Shown here piece by piece: positions 1 through 10,770 of a DNA stretch of 64,000 nt; within the stretch, counting starts at the first letter, position 1; every line of letters starts with the position of its first letter. The stretch is from Coraliomargaritaceae bacterium (GTDB taxonomy: Bacteria; Verrucomicrobiota; Verrucomicrobiia; Opitutales; Coraliomargaritaceae): the NCBI GenBank assembly GCA_049890275.1, contig JBMHBT010000013.1, forward strand, positions 7,022 through 71,021, in the 5' to 3' direction. Under the pieces are notes generated by a model. It was not told the origin of the DNA and did not search any database. It worked only from the letters and a program-made list of their open reading frames with translations. Both the position numbers and the translations under genes were made by a program.

Positions 1-1022
1 TGACCAGTACAGACTTCCGCTTTAAGATGCGAGTTTGGTTCCTCAAGCGTACGAACAGCATCTGCACCGAGAGCAGTGTCGGTGCGAATACGACTGTTTG
101 GAGCCGTGAGGGTAAAATCTATCGTATTACACCACGCCGAAATGATGCAGTCAACGATACCTGGATGACTGATTCCGGTCGTGGTCTCTTCAAGGAAATC
201 GAGAGTGACGAACGCCTGACTCATTACACAGTTGATGGTGTACATAAGACGGATGAAGAAGCGGCCACGGCAGCTGCCGAGTTACTGCAAGCAGGAGATG
301 TCGCGCTGGTGGCCTCCGCTCACAGTTCTGTCGAGGAGCAGTATTTCTATCGCCTGATTGCATCTGCGACGGGAGCTACAGTCCACATGGTCAGTCACAC
401 CGGAGAAGGCGACGGCATTTTGCTCTCTGAAGACCGCAGTCCGAATTTACGGGGAGCACTCTTGAATGGACTGGCGGATACCATCCCGGGCCGCGACTTA
501 TCCGGTTTGGCCGAGGCTATTGAGTCTGGTGCCGTAAAACGACTCTTAGTCGCTGACGAGGATATTACTCAATTCGGTATTTCCTCTGAATTACTCAAGC
601 GGGTCGAGATCGTCTACTTTGGCAGTTATGCGAATGAAATCAGCCAAGTAGCTAAAGTTGTTTGCCCTTCACTCTCGGTCTTTGAAAAAGAGGGTAGTTT
701 TGTAAATATTTCTTTCCGTCTGCAGAAGTTTGCTGCGGCCGTGCCAGGTCCTGGAGGCATCCTTTCGGATCGTACTGTTTTGGAACGCATACTGGTTGCA
801 TTGACCGATAAAAAGACCCAGTGGACGAGTATGGATGTCTTATGGCAGGAGATCAGCAGAACGGCAGAAGCTTTTTCTGGAGTTTCTTGGAGGGCGATTG
901 GCAGCCAAGGGATAGCTGTCGAACCGGCAGGCTTGCGGGAACTCGACTACATCGAAACGAAGAATTTAAAGTATGACCCGGCGGCGTTTCAGGAGGCGCC
1001 TGTAGCTCTCACCGAAGCTTAA
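1..1022 (+). CDS. nuoG: NADH-quinone oxidoreductase subunit G, C-terminal portion (5-prime end lies left of the window)
   Basis: Frame 3 is open from base 3, with no stop before the listed ATG at 27. The translation (SICTESSVGANTTVWSREGKIYRITPRRNDAVNDTWMTDSGRGLF) matches the NuoG/Nqo3 region after the Fe-S domain. It sits directly upstream of nuoH-N. Confidence 0.7.
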   Translation, partial: TSTDFRFKMRVWFLKRTNSICTESSVGANTTVWSREGKIYRITPRRNDAVNDTWMTDSGRGLFKEIESDERLTHYTVDGVHKTDEEAATAAAELLQAGDVALVASAHSSVEEQYFYRLIASATGATVHMVSHTGEGDGILLSEDRSPNLRGALLNGLADTIPGRDLSGLAEAIESGAVKRLLVADEDITQFGISSELLKRVEIVYFGSYANEISQVAKVVCPSLSVFEKEGSFVNISFRLQKFAAAVPGPGGILSDRTVLERILVALTDKKTQWTSMDVLWQEISRTAEAFSGVSWRAIGSQGIAVEPAGLRELDYIETKNLKYDPAAFQEAPVALTEA

Positions 1023-1039
1023 ACAGAACTGTACCTGCG

Positions 1040-2146
1040 ATGGAAATGTTAGCAAATGCCATGCCTCTAGTCGTTCCAGTAGCCCTGTCTCTGGGGATGA
1101 TCTCTGTATTTATGTCACTCTGTGGGCTCTGTGTATTAGCGGAGCGTAAAGTATCCGGCTGGATACAAGGTCGTGTTGGACCGAATCGTACGCGAGTTCC
1201 AGGTATAGGTCACATTCCGGTGTTGGGCGACGTAATCACTCGTTTGGGTCTCTTTCAATTACCGGCAGACGGACTGAAGTTCCTTTTCAAAGAAGAGGTC
1301 ATCCCTGGCCATGTAAAAGTTGGATTTTATAATTTGGCTCCAATTGTTGCCTTGGCTCCTGCTTTGACCACCATGGTGGTTCTCCCGTTCGGGCGATACT
1401 ACGATGCCGAGGGTATTTTGCAGCCGCTAGTGCTGGCCAATGTCGATCTTGGTATGTTGTTTATCTTGGCGGTTTCCTCACTGGGTGTTTATGGAATCGT
1501 ACTTGCCGGATGGGCCTCTAATAGTAAGTACCCATTTCTCGGAGCGATTCGTGCTTCTGCACAGATGATCTCTTATGAACTGGCAATGGGTTTGGCTCTG
1601 CTTCCTGTCTTTATCTGGTCGGCTGCCCCGGGCTCGGAGTACGGTATGAGTCTCTTTGGAGTCGTACAAGCCCAGCAGGGGCTTTGGCTCGGTATTTGGC
1701 AGCCACTTTCCGCATTGATTTTTCTCGTAGCTCTTTTCGCTGAAACAAACCGTCTACCGTTTGACATGGCTGAATCCGAGACAGACTTGGTTGGGGGTTT
1801 CCATACCGAGTACGGTGCATTTAAGTTCGGTCTGTTCTTTGTCGCCGAGTACGCCCACATTATCATGGGCTCTGCTCTCTTTGTCGTTCTCTTCATGGGC
1901 GGCTGGAATTTTCTCCCCTTCCTGCCCGATCCATGGGGCGCGGGTTGGATCGGTTCGCTCCTCTCGGTCGGCGTTTTTATGGCAAAGGTCGCCTTTATGG
2001 TCTTCTTTTTCATTTGGATGCGCTGGACTCTTCCTCGCTTCCGTTACGACCAAGTGATGTCGCTCGGTTGGAATACGCTTCTTCCTCTGGCTATCGCCAA
2101 TCTAGTTTTTAATACCTTGCTGATCGCCTTACTCGATACGCTCTAA
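1040..2146 (+). CDS. nuoH: NADH-quinone oxidoreductase subunit H
   Basis: 368-aa polytopic protein with ND1/NuoH hallmarks (ERKVSGWIQGRVGPNR; ETNRLPFDMAESETDLVGGFHTEY) in the expected operon position. Confidence 0.95.
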   Translation: MEMLANAMPLVVPVALSLGMISVFMSLCGLCVLAERKVSGWIQGRVGPNRTRVPGIGHIPVLGDVITRLGLFQLPADGLKFLFKEEVIPGHVKVGFYNLAPIVALAPALTTMVVLPFGRYYDAEGILQPLVLANVDLGMLFILAVSSLGVYGIVLAGWASNSKYPFLGAIRASAQMISYELAMGLALLPVFIWSAAPGSEYGMSLFGVVQAQQGLWLGIWQPLSALIFLVALFAETNRLPFDMAESETDLVGGFHTEYGAFKFGLFFVAEYAHIIMGSALFVVLFMGGWNFLPFLPDPWGAGWIGSLLSVGVFMAKVAFMVFFFIWMRWTLPRFRYDQVMSLGWNTLLPLAIANLVFNTLLIALLDTL

Positions 2147-2168
2147 GATCCGAAACTCGGGAAATTCC

Positions 2169-2720
2169 ATGGCTACTACTAAAGTACTCGAACGCAAGCC
2201 GCTCACTTTTGCGGAAAAGACTTTCATCCCACAGATTGCTGCCGGATTGAAGACCACCCTCGGCAATATGGTACAAAAGCCGGTCACACTGGAGTATCCG
2301 GATGAACGCCCGGTTATTCCAGAGAGCTATCGCGGAGTGCCCACTCTTGTGAAGGATCCCAATGGTCGGGAGAAATGTGTGTCCTGCCAGCTGTGTGAAT
2401 TTGTCTGCCCGCCTAAAGCGATTCGGATCACTCCGGGGGAAATCGACGCTGAGTCCGAACCGGAGCGCGCACACGTGGAAAAGGCACCCAAGGAGTTTGA
2501 TATTAATATGCTGCGCTGCATCTATTGTGGCTACTGCCAGGAAGTCTGCCCCGAGGAAGCTATTTTTCTGCAGGATATCTTTTCCGTATCTGGTTACAGC
2601 CGAGAAGAAATGGTGAACGATAAACGCAAGCTTTACGAGTTGGGCGGTACGCTCCCCGATGAACACTTCAAATGGGATAAGAAAAAAGCCGCAGAGGTGC
2701 GGGGGAATGAACAGCACTAG
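2169..2720 (+). CDS. nuoI: NADH-quinone oxidoreductase subunit I (2x 4Fe-4S ferredoxin)
   Basis: Two CxxCxxCxxxCP motifs (CVSCQLCEFVCP, CIYCGYCQEVCP), and it lies between nuoH and nuoJ. Confidence 0.95.
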   Translation: MATTKVLERKPLTFAEKTFIPQIAAGLKTTLGNMVQKPVTLEYPDERPVIPESYRGVPTLVKDPNGREKCVSCQLCEFVCPPKAIRITPGEIDAESEPERAHVEKAPKEFDINMLRCIYCGYCQEVCPEEAIFLQDIFSVSGYSREEMVNDKRKLYELGGTLPDEHFKWDKKKAAEVRGNEQH

Positions 2721-2812
2721 TTCAACATTCGAAAAAAATAGGAATGACAATCTCCCAGTAGTCCTTAGTCCTCGCTTAAGCTAGCTTTCTTACACAACGA
2801 TTCAACGACGCC

Positions 2813-3403
2813 ATGCTCGATACGCTTTTTTACGTCTTTTCTGCGATTACGCTAGTTTCAGCGTTGTTTATGGTGTTGAGCCCCAATGCTGTGAACGGGG
2901 CTTTGTGTATGATTGTTTCTTTTGTCAGCACAGCGGCTCTCTTTGTCCTACTGGAAGCTTACTTCATCGCGGTTTTGCAGGTACTCGTCTACGCGGGTGC
3001 GGTTATGGTGCTCTTCCTTTTCATCATCATGCTGCTCAATGTTGAAAAGGGCGAAGGCGGGGGGTATGCGAAAGATCGAATCTCTCTGGCTGCTTCTATT
3101 ATCGGTTTTGCTTTGGTCGCTGTGCTTGTTGCAGCAGCCTTTGGCAGTGGCGAGCATTTGCCGGAACCAGGGCTTGTTGAAGTCGTGGAAAACCCGATCG
3201 GATCGAATGGTGGTTTTGAGTTTTCCACTGCAGTTAAGTCGTTTGGCTACAGCCTCTTTTCAAAATATATGCTGCCCTTTCAGGTTGCTGGCTTTCTGCT
3301 TCTTGCCGGGATGATCGGCGTTATCGTAGTCAGTAAAAAGCCGCTGGTAGATGCCGAATCCGAAAAGTCCTCCAACCCGCAATCTTCGATGCCTTCCAAC
3401 TAA
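2813..3403 (+). CDS. nuoJ: NADH-quinone oxidoreductase subunit J
   Basis: 196-aa ND6-like membrane protein ([21 protein letters not shown]) in the expected operon position. Confidence 0.9.
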   Translation: MLDTLFYVFSAITLVSALFMVLSPNAVNGALCMIVSFVSTAALFVLLEAYFIAVLQVLVYAGAVMVLFLFIIMLLNVEKGEGGGYAKDRISLAASIIGFALVAVLVAAAFGSGEHLPEPGLVEVVENPIGSNGGFEFSTAVKSFGYSLFSKYMLPFQVAGFLLLAGMIGVIVVSKKPLVDAESEKSSNPQSSMPSN

Positions 3404-3708
3404 TGACTGTCGGAATCAATGCCTTTCTTCTCGTCGCCGGATGGCTATTTGCCATCGGTTTGCTTGGGGTGCTCCTGCGCAAGAATACACTGGTTATTTA
3501 TATGTCGCTGGAACTCATGCTCAACGCCGTCAATCTCGCGTTAGTCGCCTTTTCCCGCTACAACAATACAATGGATGGTAATCTGTTTGTTTTCTTCATT
3601 ATTACAGTAGCGGCGGCTGAAGTAGCTGTAGGACTGGCTATTGTGGTGGCCCTTTACCGCAGGCGTCAGACTGTATTGGTCAACGAATTGAACTCTTTAA
3701 GCCACTAG
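3403..3708 (+). CDS. nuoK: NADH-quinone oxidoreductase subunit K
   Basis: 101-aa, three-TM, ND4L-like protein ([17 protein letters not shown]; [14 protein letters not shown]). Its ATG overlaps the nuoJ stop (TAATG). Confidence 0.92.
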   Translation: MTVGINAFLLVAGWLFAIGLLGVLLRKNTLVIYMSLELMLNAVNLALVAFSRYNNTMDGNLFVFFIITVAAAEVAVGLAIVVALYRRRQTVLVNELNSLSH

Positions 3709-3712
3709 TTTC

Positions 3713-5566
3713 ATGACTGTCGCTCAATCCCTTCTCGTAGTCCTTTTTGCTCCGCTGGTTTCAGCTGTACTGATCTGTTTTTTCCTGCGTAGCCGGGGAG
3801 CCGTGGCCTCTGCTCTTTCTGTTAGCACTGCAGCAGTTATTGTCCTCTTTTCTTTTCTGGCGTGGAATCAGTCTGGTGGCGAATCCATCGCAGTACACAC
3901 TCCATGGCTAGAGTTGGGCCGGTTCTATATCGACCTGGGTTTTCTTTTTGACGGCGTTGCTGCCACCATGCTCTTGATGGTCGCTTTTGTTGGCTTTCTG
4001 ATTCATCTCTTCAGCCTCGGTTACATGAAGACAGATAAGGCTCGCGCACGATTCTTTGGCGGGCTTTCCATCTTCATGTTTTCGATGCTCGGTATTGTTC
4101 TGGCTGACAACCTGATCATGATCTTCATTTTCTGGGAACTGGTCGGTTTTAGTTCCTATATGCTGATTGGGCACTACATGGATACCGAAGCTGCTAAAGA
4201 AGCCTCGAAAAAAGCCTTTATTGTGAACCGGGTAGGGGATGTCGGTTTCCTTATCGGTATCGTCTATGCTTTCTGGCAGTTCGGCACGACTAATCTTTCT
4301 GAGATGTCGTTAATCGCGGGGCTTCATCCGGAGATGCTGAATTGGGTCATCGCCGCCTGTTTGATGTGCGGCTTCATTGGCAAATCGGCTCAGTTTCCGC
4401 TGCACGTTTGGTTGCCCGATGCGATGGCCGGTCCAACGCCTGTTTCCGCTCTGATTCATGCGGCCACTATGGTAGCGGCAGGTGTTTACTTTCTCATTCG
4501 TATTACTTTTCTATTCACTCCGGATGTCCTCACTTTTATCGCCTGGCTCGGTACTGCGGTTGCTGTATACGCCGGTTTTTGTGCCTATGCACAAAATGAC
4601 ATTAAACGAATCCTCGCTTATTCGACACTCTCTCAACTCGGCTATATGGCGGCTGCTTTTGGTTTGGGCTTTCCCGGTATCGCACTGTTCCACCTAATCA
4701 CCCACGCCTTCTTTAAGGCATTGCTTTTCCTCGGTGCAGGCTCGGTTATTCACGGATGCCACCACGAGCAGGATATTTTTAAGATGGGAGGACTCTTTCG
4801 TCGCATGCCGATTACTTCGGTGACTTTCTTAGTTGGATTGCTGGCCTTATGCGGAGTGTATGGATTATCCGGTTTTTATTCCAAGGACGGCATCCTAATT
4901 GCGGGAAGCCTCGTCAACCCGTCGGTTTTTTACCTATTGTGTGGCGGCGCTTTTTTGACTGCCGGCTACATGGGGCGTCTCTTTTGGATTGCTTTCCTTG
5001 GGGCACCCAAGTCGGACGCTGCGGAGCACGCTAAGGAAAGCCCTCTGGTCATGACGGTGCCGCTCATTGTACTGGCTGTTCTCTCTGTTGTCGGAGGAAT
5101 GACCTGGCTTTGGCCGGAGAACTTGGGTGGATTGATACGTGTGGACTTGGATCATCTGCATCACATGGAAGGTTATAAAGCCGCGCACAAGAACGTACTG
5201 CTCTTCGGCTCGGCCGCATGGGTCGTCGGTCTGGCCGTCTCTTTCTTCTTCTATGGAGTGGGAGCTCGCGAGGATCGTTTACAGAAGCGGGCCGGTTCAT
5301 TCTATGGTTTCTTAAAAAAGCGGCTCTGGTTCGACGAAGTCTACCATTTCTACGTCGCTAAAATCCAGCAGCGCCTGGCCGGTCTGCTCTCTTTACTGGA
5401 TGTCTTTTTGCTCAAAGGTTTGATCATTCGCGGTAGTGCTGGATTGGTTGGCCTATTGGGTCTCTGCACAAAACAGCTGCATGTCGGCAGTATCCACAGC
5501 TACGTTTACTGGTTTCTTGGCGGTTTGGTTGCCCTTTGGGCTGTCGCTGCCGGGTTCCTCTTCTGA
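3713..5566 (+). CDS. nuoL: NADH-quinone oxidoreductase subunit L
   Basis: 617-aa antiporter-like ND5 homolog (WELVGFSSYMLIGH; QFPLHVWLPDAMAGPTPVSALIHAATMV). Confidence 0.95.
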   Translation: MTVAQSLLVVLFAPLVSAVLICFFLRSRGAVASALSVSTAAVIVLFSFLAWNQSGGESIAVHTPWLELGRFYIDLGFLFDGVAATMLLMVAFVGFLIHLFSLGYMKTDKARARFFGGLSIFMFSMLGIVLADNLIMIFIFWELVGFSSYMLIGHYMDTEAAKEASKKAFIVNRVGDVGFLIGIVYAFWQFGTTNLSEMSLIAGLHPEMLNWVIAACLMCGFIGKSAQFPLHVWLPDAMAGPTPVSALIHAATMVAAGVYFLIRITFLFTPDVLTFIAWLGTAVAVYAGFCAYAQNDIKRILAYSTLSQLGYMAAAFGLGFPGIALFHLITHAFFKALLFLGAGSVIHGCHHEQDIFKMGGLFRRMPITSVTFLVGLLALCGVYGLSGFYSKDGILIAGSLVNPSVFYLLCGGAFLTAGYMGRLFWIAFLGAPKSDAAEHAKESPLVMTVPLIVLAVLSVVGGMTWLWPENLGGLIRVDLDHLHHMEGYKAAHKNVLLFGSAAWVVGLAVSFFFYGVGAREDRLQKRAGSFYGFLKKRLWFDEVYHFYVAKIQQRLAGLLSLLDVFLLKGLIIRGSAGLVGLLGLCTKQLHVGSIHSYVYWFLGGLVALWAVAAGFLF

Positions 5567-5577
5567 TTTTTTGACGC

Positions 5578-7164
5578 ATGGAAACAAACTTCCTTCATTC
5601 AACTCTTCTGCTGGGAGCGATTCTAGTCCCGCTGCTGGCTGGGTTTGTTCTTCTTTTTTCCGGAACGCTGAAGGCATCAGTCCGACGAGCGATCGCTTTA
5701 TCCGGCTTTGCCATCCCCTTGTTTGCCGCGCTCATTCTTGCTTTCAACTTTGATTCCTCACTGGCCGGAGGCTATAACTTTGAAATGCGAATGGACACAG
5801 GCCTGAGTGCCGTTGGTGTCTTTTTACACCTTGGGTTAAATGGCATTTCCCTGCCTCTTTTCTTGCTTGCTGGAGTGGTTGGTTTGGCCACCGGACTCTA
5901 CGCGGTACACTCCAAAGTCGAGCGCCCACACCTCTACCTCGCGCTGCTTTTGATCATGCAGGCCGGCCTGATGGGTACTTTTGCCTCTATCGACATTTTC
6001 TTTTTCTACTTTTTCCATGAATTCGCCCTAATCCCTACTTTTATAATGATTGGCATTTGGGGTGGTGCGGGTCGTCGGGCGGCAGCGATGGAGCTTGCGG
6101 TCTACCTCACTCTTGGGGCCTTACTCTCCTTGCTCGGCTTGATTGCGCTCTATGCCAGTAGTGGGGCAGAATCTTTCTCTTTGCCTGAGTTGCGTAACTA
6201 TCTATCGGGTCAACCAATCGGTGAGACCTTTCAGAACAATATTTTTGGTCTCCTCTTATTTGGCTTTGGTATACTGGTGGCCTTATTTCCATTTCACAGT
6301 TGGGCACCCAAGGCGTACGCCATGGCCCCCACCGGTGCGGCTATGCTCCACGCCGGAGTACTAAAAAAATTCGGACTTTACGGCTTACTGCAAATCGCAT
6401 CACCTCTCTTGCCGGACGGCGGAGCCCATTGGTTTCCATGGATCGTCTGGTTGGCCTTGGGCAATATATTGATCATCGGCCTGATTACTCTAGCGCAACG
6501 CGATTTGAAGATGATGCTTGGCTACAGCTCAGTCATGCACATGGGCTATGCGTTTTTAGGTATTGCTACTTTCTCGGTCATCGGAGCCGGAGGCGCGGTT
6601 CTCATGATGGTGGCACACGGCCTTTCTGTAGCTCTGCTCTTCATGCTTTCGACCTGTATTTATCATCGCAGTAAAACATTTGATATGACGGAAATGGGTG
6701 GATTGGGGACGAAAGCACCTCTGCTCTGTGCTTTCTTTCTTGCGGCTACGATGGCCAGTATCGGGTTGCCGGGCTTCGGTAACTTTGTCGGTGAATTCGT
6801 TATTTTTGCATCTCTAGGAGCGAATGAGTCCACTCGATGGTTACTCGCTCCGGCTGCAATCGGCATAGTTATTTCCGCAATCTACGGTCTTCGCGCAGTC
6901 GCTAATATTTTCTTTGGTCCGCCGAGTGAGGCTTTCAGAAATTGTTTAGAGGACGAAAATCTCAAGGACCTACAAATTCATGAGAAAATCCCTGCACTGC
7001 TTCTTGTCGTGGCACTCTTCTTTGTCGGTGTGCTGCCTGGCGTGCTCTCGGGTCCTGCCTCCGCTGAGCTTTCTCAACTGTATACGGAGTCAGTAGAACT
7101 TCCTGAATTTGATCTATCCGGCCACCTAGAACTGGAACACGGCCACAGAGAGGACGCGCATTAA
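5578..7164 (+). CDS. nuoM: NADH-quinone oxidoreductase subunit M
   Basis: 528-aa ND4-like antiporter subunit (FPFHSWAPKAYAMAPTGAAMLHAGVLKKFGLYG) in the expected operon position. Confidence 0.93.
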   Translation: METNFLHSTLLLGAILVPLLAGFVLLFSGTLKASVRRAIALSGFAIPLFAALILAFNFDSSLAGGYNFEMRMDTGLSAVGVFLHLGLNGISLPLFLLAGVVGLATGLYAVHSKVERPHLYLALLLIMQAGLMGTFASIDIFFFYFFHEFALIPTFIMIGIWGGAGRRAAAMELAVYLTLGALLSLLGLIALYASSGAESFSLPELRNYLSGQPIGETFQNNIFGLLLFGFGILVALFPFHSWAPKAYAMAPTGAAMLHAGVLKKFGLYGLLQIASPLLPDGGAHWFPWIVWLALGNILIIGLITLAQRDLKMMLGYSSVMHMGYAFLGIATFSVIGAGGAVLMMVAHGLSVALLFMLSTCIYHRSKTFDMTEMGGLGTKAPLLCAFFLAATMASIGLPGFGNFVGEFVIFASLGANESTRWLLAPAAIGIVISAIYGLRAVANIFFGPPSEAFRNCLEDENLKDLQIHEKIPALLLVVALFFVGVLPGVLSGPASAELSQLYTESVELPEFDLSGHLELEHGHREDAH

Positions 7165-8678
7165 TGAATGAGTTACTAGCAGAGTTTCTCCGCGGTTATA
7201 CCGCGACCAATGATTGGCTGGCTATCCTTCCGGAAATACTCCTCGCCTTGCTGGCTCTTTCCTTGCTGGCGGTAGAGATGGTTTCACCCAAGGCAGCTCG
7301 TACGCAAATTGGGCGTGTAGCATTTTTTGGGCAGTTGTTTATTCTAGCGATTTGCTTGTACGGATGTCTGGGTACTGCTGAGAAGGAAGGTTCAGAGCTT
7401 TTCTTTAGCGGGATGATTGAACAGTCGGGAACCACGCAGGTTATGCGTGTCTTCTTTCTCCTCAGTTCTATTTTAGTCAGCTACCTCGGTGGTATTTACC
7501 TGAGCCGGCACCCCCTCGCACGTACTGAGTTTCACCACCTCGTTCTGCTTGTAGCGGCTGCCATGATGTTGCTCGTCCAGAGTGCCCATTTCCTCATGCT
7601 CTTTGTCGCTTTGGAAACGGTAACCGTAGCGTTTTATGTTTTAGTTGCCTATGGTCGACACAGTCTTGGCTCGCTCGAAGCCGGCTTGAAATACCTCATC
7701 ATGGGTGCGCTCAGTTCTTCTCTATTACTTTTCGGAATTGTACTGCTCTACGGAATAGCCGGAAACCCGGCTCTGGAATTATCCAGTCCGGACTCTCTCA
7801 GCTATGGCGCATTGGCTGAGTTTATCGCCTTCCATCCAGATAACCTATTGGTTCGTTTGGGTGCCTTGCTTGTTGTCGCTGGTATTTGTTTCAAGATCGG
7901 GGCGGTCCCTTTTCAAATATGGGTGCCGGATGTCTATCAAGGTGCACCCACTCCGGTAACGAGTTTTCTCGCAGTCGCTTCCAAGGCAGCTGGTTTTGTC
8001 GTGCTTTTGCAACTGCTCAAAGGGCCGTTTGCAGGTTTGAATCAACTGATGATCCCTGTCCTTTCGGTTATTGCCATTGTGACGATTCTATTCGGCAACA
8101 TCACTGCAGTGGCACAAGGTAATTTGAAACGCCTGATGGGACTTTCCGGAATCGCACATGCCGGATACTTACTTCTTGGAGTTGTGGCTTATGCCAGCGG
8201 GATCGCTTGGGCGGAGGGCGCTGTACTCTTCTATCTCTTTACCTATCTTCTCGGATCTTTTGCAGTATTTGGAGTCATGACTCTGGCCGCTGGAGCAGAT
8301 GATGGTGACCAACAGATTGGCCACTATGAGAACTTTGCCAAAGAGCAGCCTTTTCTTGGGGGTGTACTGGCAATTGGGCTTGGTTCGTTAGCGGGAATCC
8401 CTCCCTTAGGCGGCTTTATTGGTAAGCTTTTCCTCTTTATCGCAGCGTTTCAAGCGGGTCTATACGGATTGCTTGCGGTTGCCATCATAGGAGTAGTCAT
8501 CTCAATCTACTACTACTTTGGCTGGATACGCGAAGCTTTCTTTAGCCACTACAATGATCAATCGGAAGTCAGATCGTGGCCGATTCTAGTTTCACGAGAT
8601 CGCCTCTTATTGGGTTTGATCGCTGCCGCCAGCGTTCTACTTGGACTCTACCCAGCTGCGCTTTCTTTGCTGCCCTAA
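7164..8678 (+). CDS. nuoN: NADH-quinone oxidoreductase subunit N
   Basis: 504-aa ND2-like protein (PFQIWVPDVYQGAPTPVTSFLAVASKAAG). Its ATG overlaps the nuoM stop. Confidence 0.92.
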   Translation: MNELLAEFLRGYTATNDWLAILPEILLALLALSLLAVEMVSPKAARTQIGRVAFFGQLFILAICLYGCLGTAEKEGSELFFSGMIEQSGTTQVMRVFFLLSSILVSYLGGIYLSRHPLARTEFHHLVLLVAAAMMLLVQSAHFLMLFVALETVTVAFYVLVAYGRHSLGSLEAGLKYLIMGALSSSLLLFGIVLLYGIAGNPALELSSPDSLSYGALAEFIAFHPDNLLVRLGALLVVAGICFKIGAVPFQIWVPDVYQGAPTPVTSFLAVASKAAGFVVLLQLLKGPFAGLNQLMIPVLSVIAIVTILFGNITAVAQGNLKRLMGLSGIAHAGYLLLGVVAYASGIAWAEGAVLFYLFTYLLGSFAVFGVMTLAAGADDGDQQIGHYENFAKEQPFLGGVLAIGLGSLAGIPPLGGFIGKLFLFIAAFQAGLYGLLAVAIIGVVISIYYYFGWIREAFFSHYNDQSEVRSWPILVSRDRLLLGLIAAASVLLGLYPAALSLLP

Positions 8679-8701
8679 CCGGTTATTGAATCAGACGAAT
8701 C

Positions 8702-9565
8702 CTATAGTGGGTCTTCTTCGACTGGTCCGGGTTCTTCGTCATATAACTGCTTATCCGGAATCTGGTTCTTCATATTGCGCTTCTCTATTCGCTTCTGTTC
8801 TTTTTCTTCAAGTCGTCGGCAAAATTCTTTGTACTGAATGACTTCGAATCGTCCGTCGTGGTGTTCGACCAAAGCGGTCAGCGATTCAACCCAATCACCT
8901 GAGTTCAAGTAGTGAACACCGCCAATCATTTTGTCATCCGGGGTATGGATATGTCCGCAGATGATGCCGACACATTCCCGCTTTTTGGCAAAATGCTGGA
9001 GCTGGTGTTCGTACTTACCCACGAAGTTGACCGCAGATTTAACCTTCGCTTTGATTACCTTGCTGAGTGAAAAATACTCTTTTCCGCGCCAGGAACGGTA
9101 CTTATTATAGAAGCGGTTGATACCAAGAAGAGTTTGGTAGCCGATATCGCCCAAAACTGCCAGCCACTTGTGGTTGACTGTTACTGCGTCGAAGCCATCA
9201 CCATGCACCACTAGGTAATTACCTTTTTGGCCGACATGTACGTGTTCGTGGACAACTTTCAGTTTACCAAAAAAGAGCGGCAGGAAACGGTCTAAAATAT
9301 CATCGTGGTTACCGCGTAGGTAGGTTACATCCGTATTGTTTTTTTCTAGCTTTTTCAGCACCAATCGGATGAAGCGGGTATGTTTTTCGGTCCAGCCGCC
9401 GTGTCGGGCAAGGCTCCACCCGTCGATAATATCACCGTTGAGGATCAGTTCCTCACTGTGGCTATGTTTGAGGAAGTGGTTTACCTCGTCGATCTTGCAG
9501 TCGAGCGTTCCCAGATGCACGTCGGAGAGGAAGATCGTTTTGTAAGAAAGAGTTGTTTTTTTCAC
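8702..9565 (-). CDS. LpxH-family metallophosphoesterase (UDP-2,3-diacylglucosamine diphosphatase-like) with a charged C-terminal extension
   Basis: Calcineurin-like motifs in order: LSDVHLG, NGDIIDGW, RGNHD, VVHGDG, CGHIH. The overall layout resembles LpxH/YbbF. Confidence 0.7.
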   Translation of the reverse strand: MKKTTLSYKTIFLSDVHLGTLDCKIDEVNHFLKHSHSEELILNGDIIDGWSLARHGGWTEKHTRFIRLVLKKLEKNNTDVTYLRGNHDDILDRFLPLFFGKLKVVHEHVHVGQKGNYLVVHGDGFDAVTVNHKWLAVLGDIGYQTLLGINRFYNKYRSWRGKEYFSLSKVIKAKVKSAVNFVGKYEHQLQHFAKKRECVGIICGHIHTPDDKMIGGVHYLNSGDWVESLTALVEHHDGRFEVIQYKEFCRRLEEKEQKRIEKRNMKNQIPDKQLYDEEPGPVEEDPL

Positions 9566-9709
9566 GATCAGTTAGTATTCTTTAATAATTATCGGTCGCT
9601 TGATTGCGTCAAAGGTATTCCTTTTGGGGAGATGTATTTAACATGGGTGTGACAAAAAAGAGTGCTTCACATACCCAAAATTTTGGGTAACTAATAATTA
9701 AATAATCTT

Positions 9710-10462
9710 ATGGCTAGTCTATGGGATCAGGTAATTGATGGGAACCATTATGAGGTGCGCACTGCGGGTCGAAGTCTGCGATTATACCGTAATGGAGTGC
9801 ATCATACCCAGTACAATCCAGACCGTCCCCTTGCCGGAAGTGTTTGGGACCTACTTGTACTTCCTGCCTTGCATCGGCCGGAAGGAGAGTTGCGCAAAGG
9901 GTTAATCCTCGGCTTTGGTGCGGGCGCAGCCGGTCGTATTTTGCGCGATCAACTCGGCTTCGAGCAAGTTGTTGGAATCGACTTGGATCCGGTGCACTTG
10001 AGTATTGCTGATGGCTTTTTTGAGTGTTCCGAGGGCTGTCAATTGGTTGCAGCCGATGCGGTTGAATGGGTTCAAAATGGTGGAGATGGTGATCGATATG
10101 ATCTGATCATCGACGACTTGTACTCAGAAGAAGATTTTTATCCTGTACGAATGGCTCCGATGGATCGGGACTGGTGTCATCGATTAGTGGATATGCTAAG
10201 CCCTGTCGGTATGTTGATTTTCAACCTGATTGAACCAAGTAAGGTGCGCTCTCTGCCCCCGGTCTGTAATGCGGAGCTACGGAAGCACTTCCCCCACCGC
10301 CGGGTCTTCTCTATCGAGGGTTATGAAAATCGTGTTGTCGCCTTCAGTCCAAGACCGCTGGATTCGGGCCTTCTGCGTGAAGGCCTTCTGCGAATCGGGC
10401 GTACCCATCCCCGTTGTTACGGAGTTGGGCGACACTACCAAAGCTGTTCTCTCACTATTTAA
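9710..10462 (+). CDS. Spermidine-synthase-like SAM-dependent methyltransferase family protein
   Basis: N-terminal YEVRTAGRSLRLYRNGVHHTQ pattern, followed by a Rossmann SAM-binding motif (ILGFGAGAAGR ... VVGIDLDP ... LIIDD). Confidence 0.6.
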   Translation: MASLWDQVIDGNHYEVRTAGRSLRLYRNGVHHTQYNPDRPLAGSVWDLLVLPALHRPEGELRKGLILGFGAGAAGRILRDQLGFEQVVGIDLDPVHLSIADGFFECSEGCQLVAADAVEWVQNGGDGDRYDLIIDDLYSEEDFYPVRMAPMDRDWCHRLVDMLSPVGMLIFNLIEPSKVRSLPPVCNAELRKHFPHRRVFSIEGYENRVVAFSPRPLDSGLLREGLLRIGRTHPRCYGVGRHYQSCSLTI

Positions 10463-10526
10463 ATCTAGTTGGAATCTGGGCTTGCCTCTGCCCGATGAAG
10501 TTTGTCTTAACTAAGGTTTCTTTTAG

Positions 10527-10618
<92 letters not shown>

Positions 10619-10754
10619 TGACGCAGTCGAACAACCTACACGCGAAGCGTGTGAGGGATGAGAGCCAGTCCGCAGGGCGGGTTTGACGTAGGGAGCGAGA
10701 GCGACCGGAGAAGGGGCACACGAAGTGTGATCGCGCAGCGATGGCGCAGCCACC

Positions 10755-10770
10755 AATCCCTCCTTCTCCG
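10755..10770 (+). repeat. 16-nt direct repeat of the tRNA-Ser 3-prime end (aatccctccttctccg, identical to 10598..10613)
   Basis: Exact 16/16 match read directly from the sequence, 157 nt downstream of the original copy. Confidence 0.85.

Noticed and set aside
2109-2750. 213-aa minus-strand ORF covering nuoI.
   Set aside because: The plus-strand frame encodes a textbook 2x[4Fe-4S] NuoI, and the antisense product has no recognisable features.
10707-10770. Possible second (mini) tRNA gene formed by GGAGAAGG...CCTTCTCC.
   Set aside because: It is only 64 nt long. It has no credible D-arm, 7-nt anticodon loop or T-arm pairing, and just the acceptor-like stem and a T-arm 3-prime half are present. 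I report it as a repeat/structured element instead.
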